A stretch of 63,275 nucleotides of DNA from a virus. Its lineage: Duplodnaviria; Caudoviricetes. The stretch lies in IMG/VR virus record IMGVR_UViG_3300027861_000023, positions 1 through 63,275 of that record; one strand, 5' to 3'. Below are positions 33,664-42,090 of the stretch, in pieces. The first letter of the stretch is position 1; the number at the start of each line of letters is the position of its first letter. The notes beneath the pieces were generated by a model. It saw only the letters and a program-made list of their open reading frames with translations. It was not told the origin of the DNA and did no database searches. A program made the translations under genes and the position numbers.

Positions 33664-36210
33664 ATGGCAATTAAATTCTTAAATGGTGTAGATCTAAATC
33701 AAAACCAGCTGATAGCAGCAAGGGTTGAAAATTTAGCAACGGCCCCTGCAACACCAGTTGAGGGCCAAATTTATTATGACAGTACTCCTGGAGATCAGAT
33801 ATTATATTTCTGGAATGGTACTTCTTGGGTTTCAACCGCTGGATCTGGAGGAACTGTAACAGTTGTAGGAGCAACTCACGCGGGTAATGCTTTTACAGCT
33901 AGTATAGGTAATAATGCAAATATTAATCCATCTGTTGATATTACTGTTGTTGGTAACTCTAATCAATATATAAATGGTGCTGGTAATTTAACAACATTTC
34001 CTACTATTCCTCAAGGAGATATTACAGCTATTGTAGCTGGATCTGGTATGACAGGCACATCTTTAAGTGGGCCTATTCCAACATTAAATGTTATTGGTGG
34101 TACAGGTATTACAGCAAATGCTGATGATATTCAAATAGATTATACTGGTACGGACAACGCTATTTTAAGTGCTGCTTCTAGAAGTGTAGCTCTTACAGAT
34201 AGTATTTGGTTTAGCGATGATACTGATAATGTTATAGGTTTTGATACTGTAGCTGATTTATTAGCTTTAGCTCCTCAAGGTGATATCACTGGTGTTTCTG
34301 GAGGTACTTATATAACTGTAACAAATGGTAGTGGCCCTGTTCCTGTTGTTAGTCATAATAGTACGACTAGAGGTGATAGTACTTCTGCCGATTCTCCTCC
34401 TTTTGGTGGTAATTTTGAAGCTGTTACAAGTGTAACAACAAATTCAACTGGTCACGTTACTGGTATTGATGTTTCAACTGTTACTTTACCTGCGGCTAGT
34501 TTTACAAGTTTAACTCTTGCAGGATCTTCAGGAACAAATAGTACTATAACAAATGGAAATACAATTAGCATCCTAGCTGGATCTAACATTTCTACTACAG
34601 GTAACGGAACTGATGGGGTTACAATTGCATATACTGGTGGAACTGGTACAATGTCTAGTTGGACTTTATCTGGAGATTCTGGCCCTAGTCAAACTATTAG
34701 TAATGGAAATACAGTTGACATTGCTGGAGGTACATATGCTACGACAGTAGCTAGTGCTACAGATAGAGTGACTGTAAATGTAGATGGAACAACAGCTGCT
34801 ACGGCATCTAAGCTTATTGCAAGAGATGGTAGTGGTTACGGTTATGTTATTACGCCATCATCTGGAGATAGCTCTACAAAAATAGCTACAACAGCTTTTG
34901 TCCAGGCTTCTTTAACAGGTTTATTAGAATTTAAAAGTGGATTCAACGCGAGTACTGGTATAATAGCTGATGGTAGTGGAGATGATTTATATACAGATAG
35001 AGCAATTTCTGTAGGTGATTATTACGTGGTAACTGTTGCTGGTAATTTCTTTGGAAATACAGCTACACCATTAACACCTGGTGATTCAGTTATAGTTCAA
35101 GACGATGCTGCCGCTGGAGCCGCTGTTGAAGCAGACTTTATAGTTGTACAATCTGATACAGATTTAGCAACTGGAACAACTGTAGGTTTAGGTAATGTAG
35201 CTGCTGGAAGTGGTATAGGGGTTGTTTATAGCGCAGGAACTGCAACAGTGTCTAACACATCTCCAAATATAGTACAAAATTTATGGAGTAGAATTGATGC
35301 TGATTCAGGAACAACAACAGCTAACAGTCCAACAGATATATTAGACATTGTTGGTGGTACAGGTATAACTACTTCAATTACTGGGGATGTACTTACTATT
35401 ACTGGTTCTTCTACTTATCTTTTACCTCAAATGACAGCTACTACTCGTGGTGGTGCTGAATTATTTTCTAATACTGTTCAAGCTACTGCGGCTAACTCTG
35501 TAACGGCTACATCGAATAGAACTTATGGACTTCAATTAAACTCAGCAAATCAATTAGTAGTTAATGTTCCATGGGTAGATAATAACACTCAGCTTGTATC
35601 TAGTGTTGATGAGACAACTCCAGGCACTTCAACTGGAACACCGATTGTTGTTAATCCAACTACTGGTAATGTTCTTGTGCAGTCAATGGCTTATGATGGT
35701 AATACTAAGGTAGGTCACGTTCCTGCTGGAGGTACTACAACTACATTCCTTAGAGGTGATGGTAATTGGGTAGTTCCAGATAACGATCAAGGTGTAACAA
35801 ATATTATTGCTTCAACAGCGAATAGTAGAGTAGGTCTTACACCAACTACTAGTTCTACTGGATCTGTTACAATAGGTCTTAATCTAACAGGGTTAACTGC
35901 TGTAACAACTCCAGTAACAACAGATACTTTACCTATCTATAATGCTTCAACTAACAAGAAGATTACAGTAGCTAATTTAGCTAATGCTATTACTGATGCT
36001 ACTAGTTATGCTGAAACAATAACAGATACAGATTTAACAATTGATCATAATTTAGGGACAGAAGATGTGATAGTTCAATTGTATGATGTAACAACATCTG
36101 CAAATGTCTTTGCTGATATAACTAGAATTAGTACTAATAGAATTGGAGTTACGTTTGGATCAACTCCAACAAACTCAATTAGAGTATTAGTTCAGAAAGT
36201 TATAGCATAA
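33664..36210 (+). CDS. Long tail fibre protein
   Basis: Gly/Thr/Ser-rich repeats, KIATTAFV motif, C-terminal IDHNLGTEDVIVQLYD. Confidence 0.8.
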   Translation: MAIKFLNGVDLNQNQLIAARVENLATAPATPVEGQIYYDSTPGDQILYFWNGTSWVSTAGSGGTVTVVGATHAGNAFTASIGNNANINPSVDITVVGNSNQYINGAGNLTTFPTIPQGDITAIVAGSGMTGTSLSGPIPTLNVIGGTGITANADDIQIDYTGTDNAILSAASRSVALTDSIWFSDDTDNVIGFDTVADLLALAPQGDITGVSGGTYITVTNGSGPVPVVSHNSTTRGDSTSADSPPFGGNFEAVTSVTTNSTGHVTGIDVSTVTLPAASFTSLTLAGSSGTNSTITNGNTISILAGSNISTTGNGTDGVTIAYTGGTGTMSSWTLSGDSGPSQTISNGNTVDIAGGTYATTVASATDRVTVNVDGTTAATASKLIARDGSGYGYVITPSSGDSSTKIATTAFVQASLTGLLEFKSGFNASTGIIADGSGDDLYTDRAISVGDYYVVTVAGNFFGNTATPLTPGDSVIVQDDAAAGAAVEADFIVVQSDTDLATGTTVGLGNVAAGSGIGVVYSAGTATVSNTSPNIVQNLWSRIDADSGTTTANSPTDILDIVGGTGITTSITGDVLTITGSSTYLLPQMTATTRGGAELFSNTVQATAANSVTATSNRTYGLQLNSANQLVVNVPWVDNNTQLVSSVDETTPGTSTGTPIVVNPTTGNVLVQSMAYDGNTKVGHVPAGGTTTTFLRGDGNWVVPDNDQGVTNIIASTANSRVGLTPTTSSTGSVTIGLNLTGLTAVTTPVTTDTLPIYNASTNKKITVANLANAITDATSYAETITDTDLTIDHNLGTEDVIVQLYDVTTSANVFADITRISTNRIGVTFGSTPTNSIRVLVQKVIA

Positions 36211-36219
36211 TAATAATTA

Positions 36220-36248
36220 AAAAAGCCTTCTTTAATTAGAAGGCTTTT
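36220..36248 (+). terminator. Intrinsic terminator
   Basis: AAAAGCCTTCT-TTAATT-AGAAGGCTTTT. Confidence 0.75.
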
Positions 36249-36266
36249 AATTTACTTTAGAAGTGT

Positions 36267-37241
36267 ATGAAGTTTTTAACTAACGTAGAAGTAGAGGAAG
36301 GTTTAAAAGATTCCAGCGGTGATTTAGGTTCTCCTGGTCAAATATTAAGTTCTACTGGTACTTTGACTAACTGGATAACACCTACAACTGGTGATATTAC
36401 AGGTGTAACCGCAGGAACAGGTATGACAGGTGGTGGTACTTCGGGTACTGTTACATTAAATGTTATTGGAGGAACAGGGATTGATGCAAATCTTGGTGAT
36501 ATTTCGATTGATTCAACGGTATTAACAACTACAGGAAGTCAAACTATAACAGGAGCTAAAAGATTTAATGGTAGTATTCTCGATGCAGGTGGTTCATCAG
36601 GTTCGGCAGGACAAGTTCTTGCTAGTACAGGGGCAGGTCAGGTTGATTGGGTAGCTGCTGGTGGTGGTGGTGGAGGAACTATTAACGGTTCTACAGTTGC
36701 AACTAGAATAGCTTTTGGTGCTGCTAGTTCAACTACTGAAATAACTAGTGATCCTGGTTTAACTTATACTTCTCAAAATGGTTTAAGTGTTGGAGATACA
36801 ACAGGAAGCGGAAATTCCATTATAAATATGGATAAAGGTTCAGCAGGACAATCTCGTATTGTTATGAGTGAATCAGGTACTGAAAAGTTGTCAATAAAAC
36901 TTGACCTTTCTGAAGAAAGTTATATAACAGCAGCCAATAAACTTACGATAGCTACTAATGGCACAGCTAGAGATATACTAATAGATTCCACAGGAAATGT
37001 AGGTATAGGTGACTCAACCCCTTCGTCAACTTTAAGTGTAGATGGAGGAGTTCAGATTGGTAACGATACTGCTACGTCTGCGGTAGACCTATATAATAAA
37101 GTAGGTACTTTTAGATATAGAGCTACAACAGGAATTAAAAACTTTAGTTATGTAGATATGGTTATGCAGACAGGAGGAACGGTTGGTGCATCAACAGGAA
37201 CTTATGAGTGGGTTAATATAGTACAAAACTCTTGGACATAA
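36267..37241 (+). CDS. Tail fibre/spike protein
   Basis: GQILSSTG and GNVGIG..P...L.V.G motifs. Confidence 0.75.
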   Translation: MKFLTNVEVEEGLKDSSGDLGSPGQILSSTGTLTNWITPTTGDITGVTAGTGMTGGGTSGTVTLNVIGGTGIDANLGDISIDSTVLTTTGSQTITGAKRFNGSILDAGGSSGSAGQVLASTGAGQVDWVAAGGGGGGTINGSTVATRIAFGAASSTTEITSDPGLTYTSQNGLSVGDTTGSGNSIINMDKGSAGQSRIVMSESGTEKLSIKLDLSEESYITAANKLTIATNGTARDILIDSTGNVGIGDSTPSSTLSVDGGVQIGNDTATSAVDLYNKVGTFRYRATTGIKNFSYVDMVMQTGGTVGASTGTYEWVNIVQNSWT

Positions 37242-37242
37242 T

Positions 37243-37827
37243 ATGGCAGAAAAAAAATATATGACAGACTCTATTACTGTAACAAGTAATATCGTAGATA
37301 GTTTAGGTGCTACAGGAACTAATGGTCAAGTTTTGAGTTCAACAGGAACTGCAACAGAATGGGTTGATAGTTCAGGTGGTACAGATGCAGATTATTTTAG
37401 AGCGCCTTTGCTTTCGCTTACCACAATAAACAGCAGTTTAACTATGTCTGAGTATGCAGTAATAGGCTCACCTACAAATAATAATGGAGGATGGACTTCA
37501 ACATCTACCTTAATTACACCTGCAAGTGTAGGTATATACGAAGTTAGTGTTATGTGTTATTACACAGGTTCTGTTACGAGGGCTAATGTTGGAATGACTG
37601 TTGCTATTGATGGTGTTTTTGACCAACCTATTGCGGCTATGGGTTACCTTAGAAATTCAAGTGGTCATAATGAATCTAGTCTTACTTTTACTTCTCTTGT
37701 TGAAATAGAAATAAATTCAAAAGGAGATATGGAAACAATTAGCATAGGATTTCAAAGACTTGCAGCAGCAGGTACTATAACTGTTGATGGTGCTAAAAGT
37801 GGTATAAGTGTTATACAGATAGCTTAA
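37243..37827 (+). CDS. Short fibre / receptor-binding protein (paralog 1)
   Basis: GTNGQVLSSTG N-terminus; beta-sandwich-like C-terminus. Confidence 0.65.
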   Translation: MAEKKYMTDSITVTSNIVDSLGATGTNGQVLSSTGTATEWVDSSGGTDADYFRAPLLSLTTINSSLTMSEYAVIGSPTNNNGGWTSTSTLITPASVGIYEVSVMCYYTGSVTRANVGMTVAIDGVFDQPIAAMGYLRNSSGHNESSLTFTSLVEIEINSKGDMETISIGFQRLAAAGTITVDGAKSGISVIQIA

Positions 37828-38435
37828 TGGGAAAAGAGTATATAACAGATGAGTTGGAGGTTTCAGGAAGTTTTTGTATGCCTGATTCCGACACTCCAGG
37901 AACTAATGGTCAAGTTGTTACCAAAGGTAATGGAGGTATATTGCAATGGGCAACACCTTCAAGTGGTGGTGTAAGTAATTCATTTACTCCTGTTTATTTG
38001 AAAACAAATTTTGTAAATGAAACAGTTAGATTTACTAGTAGTATGTCGAAAAGAGATGTTTTTAACACCACTCCTGTTTTTTCTAGTGCTGGTATATCTG
38101 TTACAAATGTTCAAGATATAACAGTAACATCTCCAGGTATGTATAAAATTACACTAATGGCTTATATGACATCCAATAGTAATAGAACAAATTTAAGTTT
38201 TCAACTTGCTTTTGATAGTGTTTTTTCAGGGCCTGTTGCAGCTATGGGGTATATTAAAACCTCAGATGGTCATAATGAAAGTAGTGTTACTTATAGTTAT
38301 ACAGCTTTTATTTCTTCAAACGAAGAGATATCTGTAGGAGCGCAACAACTAACAAATTTCTTTAATACGGTTAATATAGTAGGAGGAACTTCTAGTTCAA
38401 TTTCTATACATAAAATTGGAAAACAAATAGTATAA
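37827..38435 (+). CDS. Short fibre / receptor-binding protein (paralog 2)
   Basis: Shares GTNGQV and AAMGY.....GHNESS with the previous ORF. Confidence 0.65.
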   Translation: MGKEYITDELEVSGSFCMPDSDTPGTNGQVVTKGNGGILQWATPSSGGVSNSFTPVYLKTNFVNETVRFTSSMSKRDVFNTTPVFSSAGISVTNVQDITVTSPGMYKITLMAYMTSNSNRTNLSFQLAFDSVFSGPVAAMGYIKTSDGHNESSVTYSYTAFISSNEEISVGAQQLTNFFNTVNIVGGTSSSISIHKIGKQIV

Positions 38436-38450
38436 ATTAAAAAAAAAGAT

Positions 38451-38801
38451 ATGATAACTTATTATTGGGATTGCACAAGGGTAGACGCTTACCCTGAATA
38501 TGAGACAGGAGGAGATACTTATCCTGATGTTGTTTTTTATATAAATTGGAAGGTTATTGCAACCTCAGACGTATTAGATCCTGAAGGGATTCCTTACACT
38601 ACGTATAACGAAAATTCTATAGAAATAGACGTAAGCAATATAACGGACTTTATTCCTTTTTCAGAATTGACAAATGAAATTTCTGTAGAGTGGACTAAAT
38701 CAACAATGGGAGTTGATGGTGTTGCTTTGGTAGAAGAAGGTTTGGCTTATGGAATTGATCAGCTAATAAATCCTAGTGCTGTAGCTTTAGTAATATCTTA
38801 A
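38451..38801 (+). CDS. Tail-fibre-associated acidic protein
   Basis: Y.W...DVV..I.W...FIPFSELT....W pattern, a type found next to fibre genes. Confidence 0.6.
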   Translation: MITYYWDCTRVDAYPEYETGGDTYPDVVFYINWKVIATSDVLDPEGIPYTTYNENSIEIDVSNITDFIPFSELTNEISVEWTKSTMGVDGVALVEEGLAYGIDQLINPSAVALVIS

Positions 38802-38860
38802 TAGTAGTAGAATTATTTTGCTTATATTTGTCTAAATATTAATAATTTAAATTAAATCAA

Positions 38861-39124
38861 ATGTCAAAAAAATTAACCGAAGAACAATTAGCAACCTTAC
38901 AAGGTTTACAAGAAGAATTTAATAAGGCAAAAACAGAAATTGCTGATTGCGAAATTAAAAAAGCTTCTTTAATAGTGAGTCTTTCAGAGATCCAAAAAAG
39001 ATTTGGTGAAGAAGAAAAGGTTTTAATGGAGGAGTTTGGAGAAAATGTAATAATTAATCTGCAAACTGGAGAAATTAAAGAGCCTAAAAAAGAAGAAGAA
39101 AAACCTTTAGAAGCAGTAAAATAA
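38861..39124 (+). CDS. Small coiled-coil protein
   Basis: Heptad pattern ending in FG.NV.INLQTGEI. Confidence 0.65.
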   Translation: MSKKLTEEQLATLQGLQEEFNKAKTEIADCEIKKASLIVSLSEIQKRFGEEEKVLMEEFGENVIINLQTGEIKEPKKEEEKPLEAVK

Positions 39125-39130
39125 ATTACA

Positions 39131-40318
39131 ATGGCAAAAATTAGCAACACATCGGCATATCCTAATATTTCAAACCTTGATGCAGCGGATTATTTAATTC
39201 TAACTGATGCTGAAAATAGTTTGTTAACTAAGTCTTGTACGATAGGTACGTTGCAAAGTTTTATTGCTAGTGGAGGTATTTCTCTTACAACAACTGGTTC
39301 TTCTGGATCTTCTACTCTTATTGATGGTGTATTAAATATACCTGAATATACAGCAGGAGATGTTAACTCTATAAACACTTTAACAGGATCAGTTGTTATT
39401 ACCGCTTCTGGAGGATTAACAATTACAGAAACTGGAGCTAGTACAATGAATATTAGTGGTACAGGTGCTGGAAATTTTGTTAGTTTATCAGTTAACGGAA
39501 ATTCTTCGGCTGCTACATTAATCTCAGGAGTTTTAAATATTCCTCAATATCAACGTGCTATTGCTGTTTCAACAGGAGGTTCGGGTGCAGCGAGTTTAAT
39601 AGGAGCTAATTTAAATATTCCTTATGATCCAGTAACTTTAAGTACAAATGGAAATAGTGGATTAGCAACTCTTACAGGAACATCTTTAAATATTCCTCAA
39701 TATCAACGTGCTATTACTGTTTCAACAAATAATTTTGGTGCAGCAACTCTTACAGGAGCTAATTTAAATATCCCTTACAATCCAGTAACTTTAAGTACAA
39801 ATGGGACTACAGGAGGTGCTACGTTATCTGCTTCTAACAATTTAAATATTCCTGTTTACCAGTCTAATCTTACTCTTGCAACTAGTACAACTTCTGGTGC
39901 AGCTAGTATTTCTGGGGGTACATTAACTATTCCAAACTATGGAAATAATGCTGGAGGGCCTGTTCTTGCAGTGTTTAGATTGTCAATATCAGGTACTACT
40001 TTAAGTGGTAGTGCTTTTGTGAATAATTTTTCAGGATCATGGGTTTTTACTAGATCTAGTGCTGGGAATTATGTAGCTACAAATTCTAGTGCATCAATGA
40101 CAGAAGGGTATATAATGTGTTTGGTAAATAATCCAAATGTTACAGCCTCTCCAAATGGTGCTGGTGGTGGAACTTATCCAGAACAAACAATTGCTGAAAG
40201 AAAAACCTCTACTGAAATAAAAATAATAAATTTTGATCTTTCTACTGCTGGAATTGGAGTAAAAAAAGACTTTGGAGCTTCTGATGTATGGGTTGAAGTT
40301 AGAAGTTACCCTCTATAA
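39131..40318 (+). CDS. Tail fibre with ~25-aa LNIPxY repeats
   Basis: About 7 repeats; a ~153-bp near-duplication around 39530-39805. Confidence 0.75.
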   Translation: MAKISNTSAYPNISNLDAADYLILTDAENSLLTKSCTIGTLQSFIASGGISLTTTGSSGSSTLIDGVLNIPEYTAGDVNSINTLTGSVVITASGGLTITETGASTMNISGTGAGNFVSLSVNGNSSAATLISGVLNIPQYQRAIAVSTGGSGAASLIGANLNIPYDPVTLSTNGNSGLATLTGTSLNIPQYQRAITVSTNNFGAATLTGANLNIPYNPVTLSTNGTTGGATLSASNNLNIPVYQSNLTLATSTTSGAASISGGTLTIPNYGNNAGGPVLAVFRLSISGTTLSGSAFVNNFSGSWVFTRSSAGNYVATNSSASMTEGYIMCLVNNPNVTASPNGAGGGTYPEQTIAERKTSTEIKIINFDLSTAGIGVKKDFGASDVWVEVRSYPL

Positions 40319-40319
40319 A

Positions 40320-40538
40320 ATGGATATAAGAAAAATCTCTATAGGATCTGATTATAAATCTAATGCAATGCATTATATTGTTGGTCAAAATGTTCTTGGA
40401 GGATCTTATCATATATTACATATTCTTTACGATTTTGATTCTTATAAAATATGGATAATAAAAGGAGATGAGGTTGTTCTTTGGAAAGAATTTAAAAATA
40501 CATTACCTATATCTTTAGAGTATAATATTAATTTTTAA
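40320..40538 (+). CDS. Phage hypothetical protein (MDIRKISIG.DYK..AMHY)
   Basis: ORF; start corrected to ATG 40320. Confidence 0.7.
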   Translation: MDIRKISIGSDYKSNAMHYIVGQNVLGGSYHILHILYDFDSYKIWIIKGDEVVLWKEFKNTLPISLEYNINF

Positions 40539-40539
40539 T

Positions 40540-40665
40540 ATGAAAAATATAATTCAAAAAGATTGGAAAGATATACTTTGGGAAAAAATGTCAAAAGAAG
40601 AAAAAGAATCACCAAGTGTATTTAATAAAAAACCAATTGAAAAGGCTAAAAAGAAATTAGTGTAA
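40540..40665 (+). CDS. Hypothetical 41-aa protein
   Basis: Translated by hand; fills the operon gap. Confidence 0.45.
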   Translation: MKNIIQKDWKDILWEKMSKEEKESPSVFNKKPIEKAKKKLV

Positions 40666-40680
40666 ATTAAATAAAATTAA

Positions 40681-41244
40681 ATGAAATCTCCTTATAGTTT
40701 TATTGTCAGTCCAAAAAAGGGCAGGCGATATGATAACATAAAAAAATACGGAAATAAAAATTTTATTACAAGCTCTTCTGAAGAAGATCATAGCTCTTCC
40801 AATCGTTTTGCAGTAGTTGTTTCTACTCCTATTAATTATAATGGCCCAATAAAAAAAGGTGACACTCTTTTAGTTCATCATAATGTTTTTAAGTTTTATA
40901 ATGATATGTATGGTAATAGAAAAAGCGGTAAAAGTTTTTTTAAAGACAATTTGTTTCTCGTAGATCCAGATCAATTTTATATGTATAAAAATAAAAGCGA
41001 ATGGATAGGTCATGACAAGTATTGTTTTATTAAGCCTTTAGAGTCAAAAGATGGCTATCTTAAAAAAAGTTCTAAATACGAACCATTAACTGGAACAGTA
41101 AAATATATAAATCAAGATCTTTTAGACAAAGGTGTAAAAGTTGGTGATGTGGTTTTGTATCAGCCTGATTCTGAATATGAATTTCTTGTTGATGACGAAT
41201 TGCTTTATAGAATGTTTACTGATAATATCACTGTTGTGTTATGA
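40681..41244 (+). CDS. Tandem GroES-like fold protein
   Basis: Two repeats of FI.P...VV/GTV...(I/V)KxGD.(L/V): IKKGDTLLV and VKVGDVVLY. Confidence 0.55.
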   Translation: MKSPYSFIVSPKKGRRYDNIKKYGNKNFITSSSEEDHSSSNRFAVVVSTPINYNGPIKKGDTLLVHHNVFKFYNDMYGNRKSGKSFFKDNLFLVDPDQFYMYKNKSEWIGHDKYCFIKPLESKDGYLKKSSKYEPLTGTVKYINQDLLDKGVKVGDVVLYQPDSEYEFLVDDELLYRMFTDNITVVL

Positions 41245-41813
41245 TATATCACAGAGATGGTTTTTTGGATTCAGAGTATTTTAATGAGATTAATAATTCT
41301 ATAAACAGTCAAGAATTTATTCCAGTAGACGTAGGTAATGCTTTTTTTTATGTTCAGCCTTCAAACAAAAAGTTTGATGATTATGTTATTAAAAAGTTAG
41401 AAAAAATAGAAGGTAAAAAATTATCAAACATAACATCTTTTTTTAGAGTAGCTACAGATCAGCTTGATGCTTCTTGGAGAATACATTCTGATTTAATTGT
41501 TAATGGTGAAAAACCAGATAGAGCGTTAGTTTTTTATCTTTCTCCTAAAAGAAGAACTGATTTGCATGGTACTGCTTTTTGGAATCATCATATTCATGGA
41601 GAAAAACTTTTTGATAATTGCACAAATGAAGAGTATGACACTATGATTAAATTAGATTCAAATGATTTAACTAAGTGGAAACTAAGACAAGTTGTTGATT
41701 ATAAGCCTAATAGATTAGTATCATACCCAGCAAATTATTTTCATAGTAAATACCCTAATGAGGGTTGGAAAGAAGGAAGAAAAGTTTTTGTAATGTTTTA
41801 TAAATTTAAATGA
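41241..41813 (+). CDS. 2OG-Fe(II) oxygenase
   Basis: IHSD (HxD), GTAFW, NRLVSY...FHS and distal R.V.V motifs. Confidence 0.82.
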   Translation: MIYHRDGFLDSEYFNEINNSINSQEFIPVDVGNAFFYVQPSNKKFDDYVIKKLEKIEGKKLSNITSFFRVATDQLDASWRIHSDLIVNGEKPDRALVFYLSPKRRTDLHGTAFWNHHIHGEKLFDNCTNEEYDTMIKLDSNDLTKWKLRQVVDYKPNRLVSYPANYFHSKYPNEGWKEGRKVFVMFYKFK

Positions 41814-41814
41814 A

Positions 41815-42090
41815 ATGGATGTAAAAAAAATTAAACTTCAAATTATAAAAGCTGGAGAAAAAGCTGTTCAACAATTAATAAAAGTTGCTGAAGAGCAAAT
41901 TATAAAGTATGGAGAAGATGATGAATTAGCAGCTGATAAATTAAAGAATGCTGCGGCAACTAAAAAATTAGCTATATTTGATGCTTTTGAAATACTAAAA
42001 AGAATTCAAGAAGAAAAAGACGAAATAGAAGGAGTGGATAATAAAACAAATAACGCGCCAAAAGGATTTGCTGAATCAAGATCAACATAA
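41815..42090 (+). CDS. Putative terminase small subunit
   Basis: Small helical ORF overlapping terL. Confidence 0.55.
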   Translation: MDVKKIKLQIIKAGEKAVQQLIKVAEEQIIKYGEDDELAADKLKNAAATKKLAIFDAFEILKRIQEEKDEIEGVDNKTNNAPKGFAESRST

